Positions 34,849 to 43,932 of a stretch of DNA of 62,010 bases are shown here, piece after piece. The notes under the pieces are model-generated. The model did no database searches, had not been told where the DNA came from, and saw nothing but the letters and a program-made list of their open reading frames with translations. Within the stretch, counting starts at the first letter, position 1, and every line of letters starts with the position of its first letter. The stretch lies in assembly GCA_964603905.1 (NCBI GenBank), contig CAZRWH010000001.1, positions 3,146 through 65,155 of the forward strand, written 5' to 3'. The position numbers and the translations under genes are program-made. The DNA comes from an uncultured Candidatus Peribacteria bacterium. GTDB taxonomy: Bacteria > Patescibacteriota > Gracilibacteria > UBA1369 > UBA12470.

Positions 34849-35436
34849 CTATGCAGTAACTAGAGTAAATGTAAGAGTGTTTTGGTAAGTACCAGCTTGA
34901 GTACCACCTGGGATAGTGATTTCTAGATCAGGAGTAAGACCACAATCTACCGCACGGATAGTTGAGTCTGCAGTTACGATATCGTAAGTAGATAGGTCGT
35001 CGATTTGAACGTTTTCTGTCAATACCATTCCTGTAGAAGAACAAGAAGCTGCAGAAAGGTCTTGCCATGAAGTACCTAGACTATCGATATCGAAGTCAAC
35101 GTTAGCATCAGTAGCACCAAGAACGATTTGTTGACCTGTGCTCCAATCTGAAAATCCTTGTGGAAGAGAAACATTAACTGTGAAAGTAGATCCATCAGAT
35201 GTAAGATCCTCGATTTGGAAACTGTCAGTTGTAGCTGTAGCTGTAATTACTTGGTCAGAAGCACTTGTGCTTTGGTTAGCAAAGTTCATAGATGCAGGAA
35301 CTGTTAGAACTGGAGAAACTGCACCGTTGATTTGTACTTGAGAAGTAGTATCGTCAGCAGAAGCAAGACCGAAAAGAACTACGTTTGCTACAAGAGCAGC
35401 AGCAACTACGATTGCTGTAAGTTTTTTGTTTTTCAT
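34849..35436 (-). CDS. WxL-like secreted surface protein (C-terminal ...TLTFTLVTA)
   Basis: 195 aa. Signal peptide. LTVPASMNF, IEDLTSDG and LEITIPGGTQAGTYQNTLTFTL resemble the WxL-domain blocks. Confidence 0.6.
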   Translation of the reverse strand: MKNKKLTAIVVAAALVANVVLFGLASADDTTSQVQINGAVSPVLTVPASMNFANQSTSASDQVITATATTDSFQIEDLTSDGSTFTVNVSLPQGFSDWSTGQQIVLGATDANVDFDIDSLGTSWQDLSAASCSSTGMVLTENVQIDDLSTYDIVTADSTIRAVDCGLTPDLEITIPGGTQAGTYQNTLTFTLVTA

Positions 35437-35581
35437 TGTTTTGAATTTTTACAGTTTTACTGTTTGGTTTTTTGGTTTGAGACGGATTTTCAAAGAACTT
35501 TTTTTGATCGATTTTTTTTGTCGATCTGATCATTATAGCACTTAGATGAACTAGTGTCAAGGGGCATTACTCTGTCATGGT

Positions 35582-35609
35582 TTGTTATTTATCTGAATCT
35601 AACTAGAAT
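35582..35609 (+). promoter_or_regulatory. candidate promoter of the polytopic membrane protein gene
   Basis: TTGTTA-N16-TAGAAT about 40 nt upstream of ATG 35648. Confidence 0.35.
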
Positions 35610-35647
35610 GGTGCTTGATAGAATTTATCTTAAAAAAAGAAATAAAC

Positions 35648-38098
35648 ATGAAAAATCGTTCAAAAATCTTATGGGGTCTTGGTGCTGCATGGCTTTTTAC
35701 TGTTGTGGGTGGGTATTTTTATACTCATTTCGATGTTATAGCTACCCCTCTTCATCCATTATTTGAACTGGTTGATATAACTAGGTATTTCCTTGTTATT
35801 TTGGTTCTGGGAGTTTTGGGCTTTGTTGTTTTTAAGAAGCTTTTACCTCAAAAATTGAAGTTAAGTGCAGTTTTTTTGATTTGTTTGTATTTGTTTTCAT
35901 TGTTTTTCTTTGGGTATAGCAGGTTCTTTTTTAATGATTTTGGAGTTTATCATGGTGATTATCTTGTTCAAACTGAGGAAGGCGTGGCCTTTTATCGAGA
36001 TGTGTCGGAGGTCGATCCGAGTTTAGTTTTATTATTTGATGGAAAGATTAGTTCGGCTCCTATTGCTCAATATGGAGAGGTTTGGGATATGGTTGGTGAT
36101 AAATTTGAGTCTGTTTCACTGATTCCTGCTGCATGGTATATGGTTGTGAATTTGTTTGTACCTCTTGGTCTGTTGATTGGTCTTTTGTTGGCTGTTTATG
36201 TTTATGGTAGTTTTGTGGTTAGGAGATTGGATGTGGGAGGATTAAAGGGGTTTTTGTATTCGATGGGGTTAGGATTTATGATTATGGGGCTTGTTTTGTT
36301 AGGAGGGCTTTTTACGGGATATTATAACCCTTATGTTTTTTGGGCTGTGTTGGCCGGAATGCCACTAGTTTTGATTATTATTGATGCGGAGCATTATTGG
36401 GATATTTTGAAAGGATTTTTCAAATGGAGAAGCGCTCCTTTATCTGATATTTCGGTTTTGTCCTTTGTTTCTATTGCTTCTATTGTTGCGTTTTTTAATT
36501 GGAATTTAGTTCAGTCTTTTGCTCTTTTTCCTTCTGCTTTTGATGACTTTATTCTTTATATGTATTTGCCTCGTGAGCTTTATTTCCGAGGGGAGTTTCT
36601 ATGGGGGTATATGCCTTATGCGTTTGCGCTGGTTCAGTCTTTGGGTATTTTTATGGCTAAGAGTGCAACCTCTATTGCTCAATCTGTTACTTCCGTATGT
36701 TCGTTGTTTGCGGCTTTGGCTGCGTATGTTTTTGCTAGGAAGTACTTGTCCAAAGGTATGTCATGGTTTGTTGCTGCGTTTTTGATGTCGTTGCCTGTGG
36801 TTTTTTATCATGGTCATGTTGATTTAAAGGTAGAGATGCCTCTGATGTTTTTGTCATTTATTTCTTTATTGGCTCTGGATGATTGGTTTGATACTGGTAA
36901 GAAGAAATGGCTTTTCTTGTCATGTTTGATTGCGGGGTATATGGTCTCGGTTAAATTGACGGCTCTTCTTTTTGCGTTAGTTCTGGTGTTGGTCATTTTG
37001 ACTGTATTTTTCCGTAATCTTTATCTGGAAAGAACGAAGTATCTTAAGCAAGGTGTTATTGGGTTGATTTTATGTGCTGTGTTTATGGCAATTCCGGTTT
37101 TGCCTTGGATTGGATTGCATTCCTATTCTTATGGGCAGATGGTGACTAGTGTTGCTGAGCTTTCTCATAGTCATAATGTTGATGCAGTTTCGGTTTCTTA
37201 CGATGAGTTATTAGTTGATGCTTCACAATGTTCTTCGCCTGGTGGAGATTATATGGATTATGGCAAATATATGTCTGATGTATCTGGTGTTTGGAGTTTT
37301 GTTCAGATGCCATGGAATTATGTGATGCAAATTTCTTTGCTTTCACCTGCTACTGACCTGGGTCCTGTTTTCTTGGCTATTTTGCCTATCGGCCTGGTTG
37401 CTCTTCTTATGTTCCGTAGAAAAGAAGGTTTTGGATGGAAGGGGCTTTTATATCTTGGTGCCGGTGTTGCTTATTGGGTGATTTGGGCGTTTTTGTATAA
37501 ACAGGTTCTTTGGTATGGAATTACGGGTTTTGTTTTCTTGTTTATTCTTCTGATTGCATCTCTTTCTCTAGTTAAGAAGGATAGTATTAAAAAAGGTATT
37601 GCGATTGGTGTTTTGTCTGTGCTGGTTTTGACGTCAATTTTCTGGAGAGGTAATTGGTATGTTTCAAGAATGAACGTACAAGCTTTGTATTTGGGAGGGG
37701 AGCTAACCTTTAGTGAGTATGTTAACAATCGTTTTCATGATCATTTTTCTTCGATTGGTGTTTTGAATTCTGACATGGATTCGAAGATTTATGCTACGAA
37801 TGTTCAAACTGTTCTATTCTTTGTTAACAATGGTAATGAAAGGGTTTATGCAGATCGGTATATTGATTTCTTTAGCTGTTTGGATCAATTCCACAATGGA
37901 GATGGGGATGCAATTTTGTCTGACATGCAGGCTACAGGATTTGATTATGTTCTTTTCTATCAGCCTGTTTATGATCCTACTCTTGGAGAAGACTTGTACA
38001 ATGCAAATATGCGACTGCTTCAATTCTCTGAGGAGTATTTGTACTATGCAGGGGGTGATGGAAATTTCTTTACTTATGCTATTCCTCCAGCGATATAA
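35648..38098 (+). CDS. large polytopic membrane protein, possibly a GT-C-fold glycosyltransferase or polymerase-like enzyme
   Basis: About 816 aa from ATG 35648 (the ORF track starts at TTG 35615). More than 12 hydrophobic segments plus a soluble C-terminal domain. No catalytic motif verified. Confidence 0.6.
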   Translation: MKNRSKILWGLGAAWLFTVVGGYFYTHFDVIATPLHPLFELVDITRYFLVILVLGVLGFVVFKKLLPQKLKLSAVFLICLYLFSLFFFGYSRFFFNDFGVYHGDYLVQTEEGVAFYRDVSEVDPSLVLLFDGKISSAPIAQYGEVWDMVGDKFESVSLIPAAWYMVVNLFVPLGLLIGLLLAVYVYGSFVVRRLDVGGLKGFLYSMGLGFMIMGLVLLGGLFTGYYNPYVFWAVLAGMPLVLIIIDAEHYWDILKGFFKWRSAPLSDISVLSFVSIASIVAFFNWNLVQSFALFPSAFDDFILYMYLPRELYFRGEFLWGYMPYAFALVQSLGIFMAKSATSIAQSVTSVCSLFAALAAYVFARKYLSKGMSWFVAAFLMSLPVVFYHGHVDLKVEMPLMFLSFISLLALDDWFDTGKKKWLFLSCLIAGYMVSVKLTALLFALVLVLVILTVFFRNLYLERTKYLKQGVIGLILCAVFMAIPVLPWIGLHSYSYGQMVTSVAELSHSHNVDAVSVSYDELLVDASQCSSPGGDYMDYGKYMSDVSGVWSFVQMPWNYVMQISLLSPATDLGPVFLAILPIGLVALLMFRRKEGFGWKGLLYLGAGVAYWVIWAFLYKQVLWYGITGFVFLFILLIASLSLVKKDSIKKGIAIGVLSVLVLTSIFWRGNWYVSRMNVQALYLGGELTFSEYVNNRFHDHFSSIGVLNSDMDSKIYATNVQTVLFFVNNGNERVYADRYIDFFSCLDQFHNGDGDAILSDMQATGFDYVLFYQPVYDPTLGEDLYNANMRLLQFSEEYLYYAGGDGNFFTYAIPPAI

Positions 38099-38825
38099 GA
38101 TTCTTCCAATCTTCAATCGTTAATTCTTGAGCTCTAACGTTTGGGCTCAAGCCTAGCTGCTTCAGTTTTTCTTCTGTAAGTCCAAGGTTTTTTGAAAGCT
38201 TCTTTCGTTTGTGTGCAAAGCCTTTGTTGATTGTTTCAAAAAGCTTTTCTAGATTTTCTTCTGGTATTTGAGGAGGTTTTATTTCGATTTGTATTACCGC
38301 TGATTCAACTTTTGGGGCTGGTTTAAAATGGGATGCTGGTACTTTTGTGACTATTTTAGGTTTTCCAAAAACTTGTACTTGCAGAGCGAGTACGTTTAAG
38401 TCGCCTGGCTGTGCGCATATTTTTTTTGCAACTTCTCTTTGGATTAGAAGTGTCATTTGTTGGGGTCTTTTGCTAGCTGGCTGCTTTCTTAAGAAATGAT
38501 TGATTATAGGAGAAGTGATGTAGTAAGGGATATTTGCGACAAGCTTGTATGGTGTTTCTGGGGGAGTGAATGTTAATGCGTCGATGTTTAGGAGGTTTAT
38601 GCCTGGGAATTTGTCGCTTAATTCTGGGATAAGATCTTTGTCGAGTTCTATTGCTGTTACCTCATTGGTTCGCTTAACAAGTTCCGCAGTCAAAGCTCCG
38701 TGGCCTGGGCCAATTTCGATGACGTGGTCTTCATTAGAAATGTCCGCTGCTTTTACGATTTTGTGTAATGTGCCTCGGTTTATTAAGAAGTTTTGTCCTA
38801 GATGTTTTTTTGCTTTGATGGTGAT
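38079..38825 (-). CDS. rsmA: 16S rRNA (adenine1518/1519-N6)-dimethyltransferase
   Basis: The track ORF (38079-38693, TTG) lacks motif I. The upstream in-frame codons encode KAKKHLGQNFLINRGTLHKIV...HVIEIGPGHGALT with no ATG, GTG or TTG. The start is drawn here at ATC 38825. Confidence 0.8.
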   Translation of the reverse strand: MTIKAKKHLGQNFLINRGTLHKIVKAADISNEDHVIEIGPGHGALTAELVKRTNEVTAIELDKDLIPELSDKFPGINLLNIDALTFTPPETPYKLVANIPYYITSPIINHFLRKQPASKRPQQMTLLIQREVAKKICAQPGDLNVLALQVQVFGKPKIVTKVPASHFKPAPKVESAVIQIEIKPPQIPEENLEKLFETINKGFAHKRKKLSKNLGLTEEKLKQLGLSPNVRAQELTIEDWKNLISLEE

Positions 38826-38831
38826 AAGTTT

Positions 38832-39065
38832 TTAGTTGTCTGAGATTTTAATCAGCTTGGTTTGTTCGGATTTACCGCTGATTATTGAGATTTGAGACTT
38901 GTTGACCTCGTAATGTTTTGCGAGGAACTTTATTAGTTCTGTGTTGGCTTTTCCTTTTTCTGGCGGAGCTGCAACACGAATTTTTATCGTTCCGTCATCT
39001 AGTACTCCTTGGATTTCGGTCTTCTGGCTTTTTGGAGTTACTTTGATTTTGAAATACTGAGGCAT
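38832..39065 (-). CDS. DUF167 (YggU) family protein
   Basis: 77 aa. IKVTPKSQKTEI...IRVAAPPEKGKANTELIKFLAK...ISIISGKSEQTK is the family pattern. Confidence 0.8.
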   Translation of the reverse strand: MPQYFKIKVTPKSQKTEIQGVLDDGTIKIRVAAPPEKGKANTELIKFLAKHYEVNKSQISIISGKSEQTKLIKISDN

Positions 39066-41806
39066 AGTTTTCTGAATTCTTCAATTATGAATATGGAGGA
39101 TGATATCCCTATGATTATCGCCCATTCTTTTGGCTGTAGATGTGTTGTTCCGATTAGATTTTGGATGAAGGGGATTTCGACAAGAGCAAATACGGTTAAT
39201 GTCGATATAGCTATTGCTCCTAGCAGGAATTTGTTTTTGAAAATTCCAATTTTGAAAACTGAGGTTGTCAGGCTTCTTGCATTTAGAGCGTTCCACATTT
39301 GGATGAATACTAGAAGAACAAACGCTGTTGTTGATGCTTTGAGATAGTCGTTGCCGCTTTTTAATGTGATGTAAAACCATCCAGTTACTATGGCGCCAAT
39401 TATTAGTCCGAGGTATACGAAATGGGTTACGAACTTTCTTTGAAGTATTCTTGCTTTTGGATCCCTTGGAGGGTTTTGCATTATCTCTGGATCTGACTTG
39501 TCTACCCCCAATGCTAATGCTGGCAATACGTCTGTCCCAAGATCTACACAAAGTATGAGTATTGCTGTTAGTGGCGCAGGTATTTTGAATATTATTGCGG
39601 AGAATACTGTTACGAGTTCGCCGATGTTACATGAGAATATATAGAATATGAATTTCTTTAAATTGTTGTAAATTTTTCGTCCTTCCTCTATTGCAGTTAC
39701 GATTGTTCCGTAGCTGTCATCTGCAAGTACCATGTTGCTAGCTTCGCGGCTTACGTCTGTCCCTGTTATCCCCATTGCGACTCCTATATCGGCGCGTTTT
39801 AGTGCTGGTGCGTCATTTACTCCGTCTCCTGTCATTGCAACTATTTCGCCATGGTTTTTGAGTGTAGAAACTATCTTGAGTTTGTGTTCTGGGCTTACTC
39901 GAGAGAAGATTATTTCAGGGTTCTTTTTTATTATTTTTGACAATCTAGGCATTGATAATGTTTGCAGTTCAGATCCGGTTATGATTCTTGGATTTTTGCC
40001 TGAAACTATGCCTACTTGTTTTGCTATGGCTTCTGCTGTTGGGCCGTAGTCTCCTGTGATTATGTATGTTTTTATTCCTGCTTGATGAGTAAGTCTTACC
40101 GCTTCTTTTATCTCTGGCCTTGGAGGGTCTATCATCCCCATTAGCCCTATAAATATTAGTTTTTCTTCAGCGTGATCTTTTTTGTAGGTTTTTGTTTTTG
40201 GGATCTCTTTATATGCAAAGGCAAGTACGCGCATTGCCTTCTTGGCCATTGTTGTGTTGTTTTTTGTTATCTGCTTTTTTATCTCTGGGGTCATCTCTTC
40301 GACGTGTCCGTGGACTAGGACGTGTGTACACTTGTCTAGCAGATTGTCTGGTGCTCCTTTTGTGAATACGAATGCGTTTTTGATGTACTTGTTTTCGCAA
40401 ATTACTGACATCATTTTTCTGTCTGCATTGAAAGGTAGTTCGTCTTTTCTTCGCCAAGCTCTTGTAGATTTGGCGATGTTGAGTCCCATTTTTTCGCTTG
40501 CTGTAAGTAGCGCTCCTTCTGTCGGGTCTCCTATTATTTTCCATTGGTGATCTTCTTCGACTAAGCTTGAGTTGTTACATAGAGTTGCCGTTTGGCTGAG
40601 TATTTCTAATGTATTTGCTAGTTCTAAATTGTTTTCTGCTAACGCTTTGAAATCATAATCAGCAAAGTCATCATCTGTTTCTTCTGGGGTAGGGGAGAGT
40701 GATATTTTTGCATTTGTCCCGGTTATTTTTAAGGAGCCTTTTGGTTCGTATCCCACTCCTTGAACTGAGATGTTGTATCCTGGAATAAAAAGCTCTCTCA
40801 CTGTCATTTCGTTTTTTGTGAGTGTCCCTGTTTTGTCTGTACAGATTACTGTTGTTGATCCTAGTGTCTCTACTGAGGAAAGTTGTTTAACTATTGAATT
40901 TTTCTTTGCGAGCCTCTGTACACCGAGTGCTAGTGCTATTGTTACTGTTGCTGGTAGGCCTTCTGGTACTGCTGCTACAGCTACAGACGTTGCAAAAAGT
41001 ATCGTATCTATTAGTTCTTCTCCTTGTATGAAATACCCTGTTGCGATCAATACCCCGGATATCGCTAATGTGATTTTTCCTACAAAAACTCCTATTTTAA
41101 GTAGTTCTTTTTCAAGTGGGCTTTTGTCACTTTTTGTTGCTGTTGTTAGGTGGGCTATGTTTCCGAACATGGTGTCCATTCCTGTTTTTATAACGATCGC
41201 TCTTCCGTGACCTTTTGTGATGGTTGTTCCCATAAACACGGTATTCTGATGCTCATCCATGTTTAGGTGCTTTTTGTCGATTGACTCTGTAGTCTTTTTT
41301 ACAGGTTGGGATTCTCCTGTGAGAGTTGATTCGTTTGCTTCAAGGTCAATTTCGGTTATTAGGCGTGCATCTGCGCTGACTTGGTCTCCTTCTTCCAAAA
41401 TCAAAATATCTCCTGGTACTAGATCTCTGGCGTCAATTATTTTTTCTATGCCGTCTCGAATTACTTTGGCGTGAGGCTGGATCATGTTTTTCAAAGCTTC
41501 CAGCGCTTTTTCTGCTTTAAATTTCTGTGCGAATCCTATTATTGCGTTCAACAAAACAATGAATAATATCACTGACGCATCAACCATTTCTCCTGCTATC
41601 CCTGCAAGTACTGCTGCGATAATAAGGATTATGACCATTAAGTCTTTGAATTCCTCGAGGAACTGGATTATTAACGGTTTTCTTTTTTTTGGTTTTATCC
41701 GGTTCTTGCCGTATTTCTTTTGTCGATCTTTGATTTCTTTGGAGGAGAGTCCGCTTTCTTGGGTTTTAAACTCTTTGAAAAGTTGGGTTTTGGTCTTTCG
41801 ATGCAT
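39038..41806 (-). CDS. cation-transporting P-type ATPase (P2-type, Ca2+/Na+-like)
   Basis: 922 aa with DKTGTLT, TGDGVNDAPAL, PEGLP in TM4 and a VDLGTD TM6 motif. Confidence 0.92.
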   Translation of the reverse strand: MHRKTKTQLFKEFKTQESGLSSKEIKDRQKKYGKNRIKPKKRKPLIIQFLEEFKDLMVIILIIAAVLAGIAGEMVDASVILFIVLLNAIIGFAQKFKAEKALEALKNMIQPHAKVIRDGIEKIIDARDLVPGDILILEEGDQVSADARLITEIDLEANESTLTGESQPVKKTTESIDKKHLNMDEHQNTVFMGTTITKGHGRAIVIKTGMDTMFGNIAHLTTATKSDKSPLEKELLKIGVFVGKITLAISGVLIATGYFIQGEELIDTILFATSVAVAAVPEGLPATVTIALALGVQRLAKKNSIVKQLSSVETLGSTTVICTDKTGTLTKNEMTVRELFIPGYNISVQGVGYEPKGSLKITGTNAKISLSPTPEETDDDFADYDFKALAENNLELANTLEILSQTATLCNNSSLVEEDHQWKIIGDPTEGALLTASEKMGLNIAKSTRAWRRKDELPFNADRKMMSVICENKYIKNAFVFTKGAPDNLLDKCTHVLVHGHVEEMTPEIKKQITKNNTTMAKKAMRVLAFAYKEIPKTKTYKKDHAEEKLIFIGLMGMIDPPRPEIKEAVRLTHQAGIKTYIITGDYGPTAEAIAKQVGIVSGKNPRIITGSELQTLSMPRLSKIIKKNPEIIFSRVSPEHKLKIVSTLKNHGEIVAMTGDGVNDAPALKRADIGVAMGITGTDVSREASNMVLADDSYGTIVTAIEEGRKIYNNLKKFIFYIFSCNIGELVTVFSAIIFKIPAPLTAILILCVDLGTDVLPALALGVDKSDPEIMQNPPRDPKARILQRKFVTHFVYLGLIIGAIVTGWFYITLKSGNDYLKASTTAFVLLVFIQMWNALNARSLTTSVFKIGIFKNKFLLGAIAISTLTVFALVEIPFIQNLIGTTHLQPKEWAIIIGISSSIFIIEEFRKLCLSISKSK

Positions 41807-41866
41807 GTATGGGTTGATTTTTTCTATTTTTCAGGCATAATTATACCTTAAAATTTACGTTTTTAA

Positions 41867-42289
41867 ATGCATTCTCCAGAGACGTCTGATCCGGTCGCGA
41901 CAATACAAATGGTTCTCGATGAATACTTGGATATTTCTGGCCAATGGCAGTATTTCTTAGTGGGGATGAAATCTGTTACTGCTGGGGGGCTTGAATCTGA
42001 AATCAGAGTCCTTTGGGAAGCAATCCAAGGCTATTTTGCTTTTTATGCAGCAAGAGACTTGTATATGATTTCACTTGAGGCTGAAAATTTGGCAAATGAT
42101 TTGAGGGGATGTATAGAACAGCGTCTTTGGAGTATTTTTTATGGGCGTGGAGTTGACTATGATCGTTTAAATAGAAACCCTATTATGAAAGGGCTTATTA
42201 CTCATTGGGTATCTGTTGGTGGGTTGGTTGCCGAGGTTATTTTAGCTGATCCATTCGCCACTTTTCAATCTCAGCGTGATTCCCGCTAA
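41867..42289 (+). CDS. hypothetical protein
   Basis: 140-aa ORF filling an otherwise empty 430-nt gap. Its 3' end overlaps the trmD 3' end by 53 nt. No family recognised. Confidence 0.4.
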   Translation: MHSPETSDPVATIQMVLDEYLDISGQWQYFLVGMKSVTAGGLESEIRVLWEAIQGYFAFYAARDLYMISLEAENLANDLRGCIEQRLWSIFYGRGVDYDRLNRNPIMKGLITHWVSVGGLVAEVILADPFATFQSQRDSR

Positions 42290-42887
42290 GTAGGACTTTT
42301 GGCACTTTCATTCCACGGAATTCTTCTGGTCTAGTGTAATGAGGATACTCCTTTTTGCCTTGGAGTTTTTCACTAAAAGAGTCTTCTAGCGCCGATTCTT
42401 CGTCGTGTAAAGCTCCTGGTATGTGTCGTGTTACTGAGTCGATTACAACAGTTGCTGGTAATTCTCCTCCTGTCAGTACGTAATCTCCGATTGATATCTC
42501 TTCGTCTACTAATGTGTCGCGTACTCTTTGGTCTATTCCTTCATATCTTCCACAAAGAAGTATCATTGAATCAAGTTTTGCTAGTTTGCGTGTTTTGGAG
42601 TCTGTAAGTTTTTCTCCTTGTGGAGTTAGGAATATTACAGGGCCTTTGTTTGTCTTTTTGATGTCCTCTATCGCGTCAAATAGAGGTTGGCACTGCATTA
42701 CCATCCCAGCTCCGCCTCCGTAAGGTATATCGTCTATTTTGTTGTGTTTGTTGGTTGTGTAATTCCGGATGTCGTGTGCGTTTACTTCGATTAATCCTTG
42801 CTCGATAGCCCTTCCAATTATTGAATGTTGGAAATAAGGGTTCTCTGAGAAGAATGAAGGAAAAATTGTAAGTATGTCGTATTTCAT
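42237..42887 (-). CDS. trmD: tRNA (guanine37-N1)-methyltransferase
   Basis: MKYDILTIFPSFF...IDDIPYGGGAGMVM. The track ORF adds 51 spurious N-terminal codons. Confidence 0.92.
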   Translation of the reverse strand: MKYDILTIFPSFFSENPYFQHSIIGRAIEQGLIEVNAHDIRNYTTNKHNKIDDIPYGGGAGMVMQCQPLFDAIEDIKKTNKGPVIFLTPQGEKLTDSKTRKLAKLDSMILLCGRYEGIDQRVRDTLVDEEISIGDYVLTGGELPATVVIDSVTRHIPGALHDEESALEDSFSEKLQGKKEYPHYTRPEEFRGMKVPKVLLSGNHAEIEKWRMDQLK

Positions 42888-42999
42888 GGTTTGTATTCTA
42901 GAGGTTAGAGTGTGAACTGTAAACTGGAGATTTGTTGCTCGGGAATTGAATCTAGAATGATGAATAATGAAATAATGATGGTGGTGCGTTATACTAAGT

Positions 43000-43026
43000 A
43001 AAAACCCCTCATTCAGAGGGGTTTTT
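43000..43026 (-). terminator. rho-independent (bidirectional) terminator after rpsI
   Basis: AAAA-CCCCTC-ATTCA-GAGGGG-TTTTT. Confidence 0.65.
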
Positions 43027-43047
43027 AGGAAGGGTAACACAATGTTC

Positions 43048-43479
43048 TTAACGTTTGCTCCATTGTGGAGATCTTCTCGCTTTTCGTAGTCCTGGTTTCT
43101 TTCTTTCTTTGATTCTTGCGTCTCTTGTAATGTATCCAGCTTTTTTAAGTGCGCTTCTTAGTTCTGGGTCGAACTCTAGTAGCGCTTTTGCAATACCGTG
43201 TCTTATAGCTTCTGCTCTTCCTGTTGATCCTCCACCAACTACTAGTGCTGAAACATCAAAGTCTTTATCTTTTTTAACCAGCTTAAGAGGTGCTTTTAGT
43301 ACTCCAAGTAGTGACTGAGGCTTCAAAACTTCTTTTGAGTCTTTACCATTGATAATTACTTTTCCTGTTCCTTTGTGGAGACGTACTCTTGCGATCGCTC
43401 TTTTCCTTTTTCCGCAAGCGTAGTGGTATTTACCAGTTAGCTTGATTTGGTCAGCTTGTTTATCGTCTTTTTTAGGCAT
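43048..43479 (-). CDS. rpsI: 30S ribosomal protein S9
   Basis: 143 aa with C-terminal ...KPGLRKARRSPQWSKR. Confidence 0.95.
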   Translation of the reverse strand: MPKKDDKQADQIKLTGKYHYACGKRKRAIARVRLHKGTGKVIINGKDSKEVLKPQSLLGVLKAPLKLVKKDKDFDVSALVVGGGSTGRAEAIRHGIAKALLEFDPELRSALKKAGYITRDARIKERKKPGLRKARRSPQWSKR

Positions 43480-43490
43480 GAATAATTAAT

Positions 43491-43931
43491 TTAAAGTTCA
43501 ATTTTTTCTGGATTCTGTGCTGTGTGTGGATGTTCTTCTCCAGCATAGATCTTTAGTTTTGAAAGAACGTGTGTTCTTAGTCTGTTTCTTGGAATCATCC
43601 CTTTGATAGCTTCGAATAGAATGTTTTCAGGTTTCTTTTGAAGCATTTTCTCGGCTGTTGTAGTCTTAAGTGCTCCAGGGAATCCGCTGTGAGAGTAGTA
43701 CTCTTTTTGTTCCCATTTCTTTCCTGAGAACTTAACTTTGTCAGCGTTGATTATTACAACATGGTCTCCACAATCGATATGAGGTGAGAATGTTGGTTTG
43801 TTTTTTCCTCTTAGTATTACAGCTATCTCTGTAGCTAGTCTTCCTACTGTTTTATCTTTAGCGTCAACTAGGAGCCATTTACGGTCTTTATCGACGTCTT
43901 CAAGTTTTGGTGAGTATGTTTTGAATGTCAT
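43491..43931 (-). CDS. rplM: 50S ribosomal protein L13
   Basis: 146 aa. KWLLVDAKDKTVGRLATEIA motif. Confidence 0.95.
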   Translation of the reverse strand: MTFKTYSPKLEDVDKDRKWLLVDAKDKTVGRLATEIAVILRGKNKPTFSPHIDCGDHVVIINADKVKFSGKKWEQKEYYSHSGFPGALKTTTAEKMLQKKPENILFEAIKGMIPRNRLRTHVLSKLKIYAGEEHPHTAQNPEKIEL

Positions 43932-43932
43932 T

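Noticed and set aside
39038-39065. The 28-nt overlap between the P-type ATPase 3' end and the DUF167 start as a possible frameshift or fusion signal.
   Set aside because: The frames differ and both proteins look complete. It is an ordinary coupled overlap.
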